Below are positions 11,497-21,700 of a stretch of DNA of 64,000 nt, one piece after another; the first letter of the stretch is position 1; each line of letters begins with the position of its first letter. The translations under genes and the position numbers were made by a program. Below the pieces are notes generated by a model. The model ran no database searches. It was not told the DNA's origin and saw only the letters and a program-made list of their open reading frames with translations. Origin of the DNA: Tubulanus polymorphus (taxonomy: Eukaryota; Animalia; Nemertea); contig NC_134032.1 of the NCBI RefSeq assembly GCF_964204645.1, forward strand, positions 1,980,416 through 2,044,415, read 5' to 3'.

Positions 11497-11708
11497 ATAA
11501 TAATTGATAATGATAATGATAATAATAATTGATAATGATAATGATAACGATTACGATTACGATTACGATTACGATAACGATAACGATAACGATTACGATG
11601 ACGATGACGATGACGATGACGTTAACAATTACAATTACGATTACGATTACAATTACAATTATGATTACAATTACAATTACAATGATAATGATAATGATAA
11701 TGATAATG

Positions 11709-11750
<42 letters not shown>
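11497..11750. repeat. Compound trinucleotide/hexanucleotide microsatellite (AAT/GAT/TAC/GAC)
   Basis: Direct inspection. Confidence 0.95.
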
Positions 11751-12366
11751 GATTTCCCCTTTCTCAAAGGCTGTACGAACACTTTCGACGGAATATCAGG
11801 TTCCGATCTAAGGAATGAAAGCCACTTGCCCGGGGGGCAAGCATATCTGAAATTTGACTTGTCCCCTCCAAAAAATACTTGCCCTACACAGGTAGTCCAA
11901 TTGTCACTATCATCCGTTGTATCGGGGGGAAAACAGTTTTGTGACATAAAATTGCACTAGCCCGGGAGACAAGTGGTAAATGATAACCTACTTGCCCTTA
12001 TGAGAATATACTTCCCCGGGCAATCGGACAAGTGCTTAGATCGCACCTTGGATATGCTATAATACATACTGAAATGAGAAATGAAAGATGAACTTGAGAA
12101 GAAAGCCCGGAACAATGGAAGGGCCTCAATCAAAATAGGCCATTAGCTGACGTCATATACATTTTATTAGTCGAATGCGGTGTTAAACCGCGGTGATGAT
12201 TTTCATAACCGCGATAAAACACGCGCAGGCGTTTTCCTGAATATCCGTATATCTGATTGACGGTGGGCATGGGCTAGAGACCAGACACGATAAATCAACA
12301 GTGCTCTAGTAGAACCAGTCTGGCGCAACCAGTCGATCGAAACGTCACTTCACTCGAGCCACAAAT

Positions 12367-13867
12367 ATGAAGAAGTCGTATTTGTCCGTGTTTTCGATTT
12401 GCGTGTTTTATTTTCACTGGTCGGTTTATTTCGCTGCGGTGCCGTCCTATGTGACGTACGACATTTTTCTGAAAGGAGCATCGCTTAGTATCAATATGAC
12501 AGGTGAGGATTTTCATCTAGAATCGAGGCCCTTTACGTTTACCGAGTCTTGACCTGTTTCTAAGGTTTAATTCCCTGATACCTTATATCGTTTAAAAAAA
12601 TCGCTAGATAATCTAGGGTCAATCTATGAAGTTTGTTGTAAGATCAATAGTCGGGACACTGATATATGCCTACCCGAATAACATGGTTTCACTGGTATTC
12701 GAACCCACGACCTCTCGGGTATGAGTCAATCACCCTACCCACCAAGCCACGAAGACAAGACATATCCTACCGTCATTTGGAGTCAATGGGAATATTAAGA
12801 ATGATCCGAAGTTTTTTTCCGGAATGTTGAAAGGTTTTTTTCGAAACAGGTTGGAATGTCAGTATCTTCCACGGTAATGACTCGCTGCTCGCAGACGACG
12901 CCCGCAGTTCCGTGAGCTGTCCGAAAGGTCAGGCGATGGTAAGCTGCAGGTGCTCGAACAGGTGCGATGGTGCCAAGCTATCGCCGGCGACGTGTACTGT
13001 CTATAACTCGAATTCGCGAGGAACTACTCGGGTACGTCACGTGATACTAGCAGACTTACGGGCGACAATTCCCGACAAAAAGACGAGGGAATCGTCGCCC
13101 ATACAGACTACCCGAAAACTTCGATCGCGTCGATTTTCAAGGCTAGCATATCGAGAGGTTTCTTAATCTGAATTCAGCTTATCGATCTTGAGATTATATA
13201 TCATGTATTTATTTCCTGCGTATGGACTCAAATTTACACTTGGATCCACCCTGCCCCCTGGTGGACAGTAACCAATCCCAAAATCTGCATATCTTTTCTT
13301 TTAGGCAATTATTGGATGTGTGCCGAAAAGTCCGAAGCGAGACTTTTTAACGGAGGAGGCCACGGGAGTTCCAGTGGAACACAGTTTTCTGAAGGACCCA
13401 AAAGTCTGGTGTCAACCAGGGTGGACACTTGTCTCCTGTGCCCTATACTCTGCGTAAGTTTGAAGGAGCATAGTTCTACAATTCATGAAAAAAAAAACTG
13501 AGAAATTGTTGAGTCTTAAGCTTAAAACACGAATACGTCGAATGCGTCATACTGACCGTCGAATGACGGCCGGTATGACGCAATGTGACATCCTGGGCCC
13601 TGGGTAATATATCTAGTGGATAAATCGGTAAGCCATTGTGGTTTTATGCAGATTAACAAGAAATGTATTTAAAAGCTCGTTTGTATTTGTGGTTCAACTT
13701 TCAAATATATATATTATCCCCAGGTTTAACTTATCAGTGATCGCGTATTTCTAGATGGAGTCATTCTTACTTGAACGCGTTGCTGGAGATGCAGCAGCAA
13801 ACACAGGGCTGCCAGTCCTACAACTGTGGACAATGCAAGCTACAAGCTCGGTGCACAAAACTAGTCG
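12367..13867 (+). CDS. Secreted cysteine-rich protein with resistin/PCSK9 C-terminal-like modules; 3' end uncertain
   Basis: Exons 12367-12502, 12850-13031, 13305-13453, 13755-13867 splice in phase with no stop. Hydrophobic N-terminus MKKSYLSVFSICVFYFHWSVYFAA, then SSVSCPKGQAMVSCRCSNRCDGAK..CTVYN..RAIIGC and VWCQPGWTLVSCALYSAW..GCQSYNCGQCKLQARC. Next exon is either 14226-14233 (GR-stop) or 14270-14319. Confidence 0.7.
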
Positions 13868-15792
13868 GTACGTTTCGTCAGGTTTTAAGTTGTTCCAGAG
13901 AAGCAGCAAAATCAATTTAATAAATCGATAATAGATTTTGCTAACTTTGGTCCCAGCGGCTACTTTGCGTTCACTTCCTGTCCGTAGACAGGGTTGTATT
14001 TTCAAAAAGTTTACAACGCGCTTCAATGTAGGCCTTGAATGTTCTTGATATTTAGTTGAAATATCGAGTAGAAATCTTGAAGAAGCTCTGGTCAATTGTC
14101 TTGACGTTTTTGTATGTCGTTTTTATCCGGGGCCTACTCGGGTCGATTGGATGGTACGCCTTCTTAACGTCATAAGTCTGTATTCTACGAGGCCTCAAGC
14201 TTCTTTAAAGTGTTTCGTATACTAGGCCGCTAACAGAAATACGGATAAAAATAAGAATTAGTTGTTTAGGCGACTTCCTTAGTGCGCATGGTGTCCCTGC
14301 CGAGATCCTAGTCGATGTGGTAAGTATACCCTCAGATCTAACCAAGCATCTATTGGTGTTTTTCAAAAACTTAACGAGCAGCGGTCATCATCATCGAACT
14401 GCAGTAAGTAAATGCCCGGCATCGATTTCGGTTATTTCGGAAACAATTCTCGATTGAGTCGCCTTTATGAGTATCTTCTTTATTTCCTCGAGTTGGACGG
14501 CGTTCTTGGACCTGACAGTGTATTTGTGTGTGTGTGAATTAGCTCATTAAACTGATTAAAATGGCCGTGTATGATTTTGAATGATTAATTGTGAATGTTT
14601 TTCATCAACTGCAGTAACTGCATCCAGACACGAACCCCCGGAGATTGAACAATTGCGGTATATTTTCAATTTTGCCGATATCTAAATTGATAAATGCGCA
14701 TTGAAATAAGTTGTTCTTTCTAATTGATTGCATTAATTTAATGTTTCCAATTCTCTTCGCCGTCCTGGATATCATTATTTGAATTATTCATGATTTAAAA
14801 AAAAAATTATTTTGCAATATATACATCACATTTCCATCAAACCCCCTGATTTTCAACTCTGAAATATATGCAAACTCCTACCTACCGCGTTCCTAGATTT
14901 TATTGCAATTATCGCACAGCAATTAAATTGTCATATTCTATTTTCTTTTTTTTTAAATTTCATTGTTTGAAATGAAACCAGAGAGTTTACGATTAACGAT
15001 GATACGTATGAATGTTAAAAAGAATTCAAATCCTTTAGTTTGAAGACATTCGTATAAAACTCCCATAATTCTATAAAAAAAATCCTAAACAAATTATCGA
15101 AAGATGGTGGTATTTCAGGCAGTCAATTATTATGACGGATATCGATGCAACGGAGAAAAAAACGCGCCTTAGCCCAGCTTCTAAAGTTGGTGGTGCTTGA
15201 TTTCCATGAACCGGGCGCGATGCATGTAGTAATTAACACCTGTCCTGAGCTAGGGCTGGTGTTTGGCCCACGCAATAGGCTAACGTATTATGAGAGAATA
15301 AGGCCATACGTATTCATAATGATTGGCTATTCCAAAATCCTGCTCCAGGACAGCTTCGTGCCTTCGTCGCTCGCAATGTCGGTCGTCGATAACACAATAG
15401 ATGAACTTTAACTGAAAACTGGGCTAAGGGCCTTCTCAGTCAGTTCAGTATTACAACTAGCCTTAACAAAATAATTCAGATCTAATAGGCCGATCTTATC
15501 AGTCGGATGAAGCCCATAGAAATGCATAAGCATAATTGGGAATTTCTGTTTGTATCACCGCTATCATCATTATATTATTTCTGTTATTTTCATTATTACG
15601 TATTTATTCATGAACTGCCAACAAAATTACTAATCACAGATTAAGCGGTAATTTCGCGAAAAAATACATATATTTGACCTGCGGGAGCTGTTTGCGAATA
15701 CACCAGAGACTGTATAACATTGTGTCTAATAATCGTGTCAGGGGTTTCGGAAAGTCTTTCTGTCTCAGTCGGGCGCTGACGTGGTGTTTAAG

Positions 15793-18700
15793 ATGGCGCT
15801 CGTGTGCAGAAGGTAAATTTATGAAGTTACAATTTGTGTGAATTTCAAAATGATTCGAAGCAAGCTTAAACACACCGTAGTTTAACCATCAGTGATGATG
15901 TTGTTTTTTAGGTTCGCTTCGGCGCTGTTGTTCTGCACGATGATATTTCTACCAGTTCAATCGAGTCAATTAACAGAACACGAACAAAATCAGCTACTTG
16001 AACAGGTAAACCATTTTACTAACCGAAAATAGTATACCGGGATATGTACCTAGGTAGTTATCTAGTAGTATCTAGTAGTATTTGGTAGTTCCAACAACTA
16101 AAACAATATATAAAGCATTAACGCAAGCATCCTCCCCCGGCAGGGATTCGAACCTGATGGCATCGAGATTGCCACGGCACGAAACCCTGCCATAATCGAC
16201 CGTGTGCGCAGATACATGCGCAGTTCAGATGATGTGATTTTTAGCCAATCAGAAATCCCGTTTTATTTCAGCCCGGGTTTTCCCATTTATAGCTCTTCCT
16301 TGAAATTTGCCTCAACGTTTATACAACGAGCAATCTGATTGGTGCCGCCAGTTTTCGTTCGGAAAGCTGCGCATGTACCTGCGCACCCGGTCTACTGATG
16401 CAGGGGTTCGTGCCGTGGCTGAGTGTAGCGATGCCATCAGGTTCGAGTCCCTGCAGAGGGAGGATGTAACGCAAGCCAAATATATCTTGCTAAGTTTATA
16501 GTAGAAAAGTTAAATTCAAATTGTTGGTGTAATTGCCATTGTGGTAAGTTCATATCTTCAATGAGGACAACAATTCAAACTTAACTGTTTTAGGCTTTAA
16601 CTTTTTCGTGAAACTGGGCCCTTGGGCGCAGAAAAAAAACTTGTTCGCGCTTACCGTGGTTAGTAAACTGGTCTTAAATGGGCGCAGGAAAACGCTGTTA
16701 GCGCTAACCATTGTCTTCGTGTGGCCTCTTATTTCAAGCCGGTTACCCTAACCACGGATAAGCCACTAACCACGGTTAGGCTAACAGGGTTTTTCCTGCG
16801 CCCGCCCCTGGTTGTGAGAAAGATTGAAGTCGATTGATGCTTTTATTCAAACATTCCAGATAGAAATCGATACAGACGAGATCATATTTGATTTCAAGGG
16901 CTATAAAATAGAGATCGCTAATTCGATGAGATATTGGGATAATGGTACTGAAATATTCATACAGGTTTGTAGTTGATTTTTTGATAATCAGCCAAGTCTA
17001 TTTCTACGATATATTTACTTAATGCATCCTCGCTTGCCAGGGTTTGATTGCCTCCTGTCGAAGCTGATATCAACACAAATCATGGCTGCAGACCCTTCAT
17101 TGGTCTATTACATCGCCAGAGATTTCTTTGGCGGACGGGTTGCCGCTCAGCGCCCACCAGTCTATGTATTAAGCCAATCAGATGCGTTGTTTTTCACCTG
17201 CAGATTCGCTCTGTCAGTGCAATGCATCTGATTGGCTTGATACATAGACTGGTGGGCGCTGAGCGGCAACCTGTAATAGACCAATGAAGCGTCTGTGTTG
17301 GCGTGAGACAATCAAACTCTGGCAAGCGAGGAAGACCTAAACATAACTATTTAACTAATCGATCCGATTAATGTTGCAATAGGTGGATAATCCAGAAGAT
17401 GGACATTCGATAATCGACGAAAATCTTGGTAAAACGGACGAGACAACGACAGACGGATCAGAATTACTCACGCCTAGCAACGAGACCGTAGTGAAACGGA
17501 AAATATGGGCACAAGAGCGAACTTTATGGGCGAATGGTTTTATCCCATACTGCTTTACTAGTGGTAGGTAAAACTGAGATTTAGTTGTACAGCAAACGTA
17601 TCACATTGACGTGGTACTTTTCTTTTTTCTAAGGACATTTCACGAACTCCGATAAGCAGAAGATTCGCGTCGCTCTTAGGCAAATAATGGCGGCGACTTG
17701 TCTGACTTATAGCGAGCGGAGCTATTGCGAAAAGAAAGCAAAGATGATCCGTTATAAACGTACCATGAATAGGTAACTAAACAACCGTGCCGTTATTTCT
17801 AATTAAATGCTAATGATATCATACATAAATCAACATCTTACTGAAGTGGTAACAATTACACGTACAAGTTCTTCAAATTCTGGAATGGGGTATCTGCAAA
17901 ACCAGCTATCCTGCCATATGGCGTAACGTGCAGTAGGTTGTTCGTTGTCAAAATTAGTTCATTTTCATTTTCAATGAACTTAGAACTGGATGTTGAGACC
18001 CCTCAATCCATATACTATCGCAGCACCTATCAAATATACAATACTTTCATTCTTCTACTCAGATATCGGTTTAGTTTTCATAAATAATTGATTCATTTAA
18101 GAGAAAAGTTCATGAAATCGAACGCTGACGACCACGATCTACAACCAACACCTGGCGGATCCTCGCCTGCCAAACGCGGAATCCTCGATTGCCACAGTAG
18201 CACTGCGGGTACACAATGTCTAATCATTGAACGTTTGACAAGATATAATCTTCCTCCATTTTCAGTTGTCAGTCAAGCATAGGTCAAGGTAAACGAGGAG
18301 CTGGCACGAATTTGGGAACGAATTGCATGTTTGTAAGTTACGTAATCGTTATATAGAGATTTCTGCAGAAACTAACGCGGATGGAAATACGTGTGTTCAA
18401 ATATCTATAGATTTGACTATTGCTCTATCGTGAATTTAACTTTTGATAAAAGAATCCGAAATATCGATTCAGACTGGAACCATAATTCACGAAACCCTTC
18501 ACGCTACGGGATGTTGGCATGAACAGCAGAGAACCGACAGATCGGCGTACGTCATTGTATCCGAGAATGAGTACATTTATAGCGATCAGTTCGATTTCAT
18601 GGAAACTATCGACAACGCCCCGTTTGACTATCGGTCGGTGATGGCTTACCGAGGAGTCGTAAGTAGAATAACCAGAAAATATCTGATATCTGGGATATCC

Positions 18701-21700
18701 AGGGGTGGATCTAGGATATTTGTAGGGGTGGGGTCCAGGGAAGTAAAAAGGGAACAATATATGAAATGTTACTGTAATGACGCCGACGTAAGAGACGCAT
18801 AACGTCCTTATGACCAACGACCTTGAGGGGGTACTCGACAATAGAAAAAATGTTTTGAAATGTTGAGAAGAATTTTGGTGAGATTCCCACGAAGTTTGAT
18901 AATGAAATCCATGAAATTAATCCTGAAATACGCGATATATCCCAATCACAATACCATTGTCTATTCATGATTTTGCATGAGAAAATACTACTCCCGGACC
19001 CAATTCCACAGTTGTGAGTAAGAGTTAACTCTGAGCTAAAGTTAGTTCATTTTCAATTAGTTAACTCAGAGTTGAATCTAAACTCGGAACTGTGGAACTG
19101 GATCCCGTTTTTTATTCACCTTAACTGAAAAAATGTCCTGGGGACATTCAAATTGAGGTGCCCTTGGATACCCTCTAAATCCGCCCCCGATATCCCAGGT
19201 ATGATTAACTCGAACAAGCAACCGACAGTGATGAAAAATGTTAATCGACGGATCGGATTTGAAGGGAAAGCGAGGACGACCGGCTATGTTTACAGTAGAC
19301 CCAGAGATGGAATTCGCTACGACGGGCGGACGTCTTCTAACATTCTACGACAACAAACAATTAAACGACGTTTATAAATGCGCAGGTACGTACCTACGTT
19401 CATCACTTGCACTGTCTAAAGCATTCCGAACAAAACCCTCGACGACGCTTAGATTTTTATATCGACGAATAAGTAAATATATAGTACGATATGAATTTCC
19501 AGGTCGATGTGGACCAAATCGATGCGAAAATGAAGGCTATCTCGATAAAAACTGTAAATGCGTTTGTCCAGATTTCGTTCGGGGAACATACTGTGGTCAA
19601 GTATCAACAGGTAGATGTCCGTATCGATTACGAGAAGCACTCACCGGGGATCGAACCCGAGGCAAGCGTGCAACTTGGGCCAGTGGTTATACAATTTACG
19701 TAGCATATCTGCCCTTAAATGTCGACTTAATATAGTTGCAATTCTATTGTTAAACTACTCTGTATTTTTTAATGAGATTAATCACTTGTTGTTGAAGGGT
19801 GCGGCGGAGTTATAAATGTATCTGGAACTAAGATTCTGACGTCACCTGGCTACCCGAGTAACTACAAAAACGGTCAGACCTGTGCGTGGCTGGTGAAGGT
19901 ACTCGTTTAGTAATTTCGAAATGGAAATCAAATTCACGTTTTCGTTTATCAACATACACGTCCATCTTTAAATATATTCCAGGCACCAAAGGGATCAATA
20001 ATGAAAATAAAGTTCTTAGATTTTGACGTGGAAGGATCGCCGACTGGTTGTAAAGATAGTCTGGAAGTACGGTACCATGGACTGGGTAACGTCGGACCCA
20101 GGTATATAACGGCTTAATGCGTGCGGTTATCATTAATGGTTATCATCAGCATTGATACTGCGTGTCTATACTTCTACATATTCAGATATTGCGGTCGCGG
20201 TGTCAAGAAAACGTTCGAAACGATGTTCAATAATGCCACGATTGTGTTGAGAACTAATAGCGCAGGTCAGCGCAGGGGTTTCAAATTACAGATAGATTTG
20301 AAAAAAGATTACAGTAAGTCTAATGTAGAAAAGAGAGATTCGTCACGGAATGAAAAGGACTCGGTAACGATTACCGGTGATGTTTTGCAGGTTGTAATCC
20401 GAATCCTTGTAAAAATGGTGGTAAATGTTTGAAAACTTTGTACGGGTTGATTATGTGCGATTGTCGGTTTGAGAACGTCGCCGGGCGCTGGTGTGAACAC
20501 AGTAAGGATCGTTGAAGCCGGTTTATATAGATGTCTGGTTCCAGTTCCACGGTTCTGGGCCCAGTTCCACAGTGAGTTAGAGTTAACTCTGAGTTAAAGT
20601 TAGTTCATTTCCAATGAGTTAACTCCAATGAGTTAAATCTTAACTCAGAACAGTGGAACTGGACCCTGAGTTAAGATTCGACTCCGAGTTAACTCGTTGA
20701 AAATGAATTTTAACTCAGAGTTAACTCTTACTCACAACTGTGGGACTGGGGTCCTGGATGTCTTGTCTTGCGGTCATTGTGTTCGTTTTTCCGTTTCCAG
20801 CGAATGGTGCGTGGTCCCAGTGGGGCGGATGGTCGAATTGTCCTGGTAGATGTGGTTTACAGACTCGTAGAAGATTATGTAATAGTCCCAGGCAGACGGG
20901 ACGGGGGTTGGACTGCTATGGCAACTCCGTCGAGTCGAAACCATGCGGTCAATGGCCCTGTGACGGTAAGTCAAAGATTGAAAAGTTTGAAAACCTATAT
21001 CCAGGGTTCCCAGCTGTACGGCCAGGGTAAAAAGAAGTACTAGTGAGAACTTTTTCAGCAATTTTAGAACCGATGGATGGACTTTTGACTCGGAAAGAAG
21101 TACCGGTACCTACTAGTAAAATGAGGGCCCATAAGGTAGCATTTTTGCAATGCCTTTGCCAGAATACTAAAGTCATGTAGGACATATATACCGCGGTAAT
21201 TCCATAACACTTTCCTGTAGATTCAATCTTATTGACAAGTGAATAAGCGGGCCCTACTCATAGAATACTTCAACAGTCAAATTCGTGACCAAATCGCACA
21301 TGAAAAATACATCAAAATCAAATAAGGAAGGACAATGATGTTTGTCCAAACTTTTTCCAAAAGAAGGACTGGGAAGGACTTGGAAGGACCGCTGGAAACC
21401 CTGTATATCTGTTTCAGAAATCGAAATCATATACGCGATCCTTTTTTTATCGTAAAAGGTTTTTTCACGTGCGATTTTGACAAGTACAGTCTCGGGTCGA
21501 CGTATTGCCCTCTGCGGCAAGTACAGAACTTAAAGGCGGATAAATTCAACGGAGCGGTCGTCAGCAATACCATGGCGATGAGCACGGTAAACAGTCAAAG
21601 GACGCCAGGTCGTAAAAGTTTCGCACCCCACGCCGATCTTACGTTGGGTAATAGTAAGGGTATGTTTTTCTGGAGCGGCCTAAACTATAAATGGTACAAG

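Noticed and set aside
11285-11960. Poly-Ile/Val, Asp/Asn and Ile/Thr ORFs
   Set aside because: Translations of a microsatellite plus MITE.
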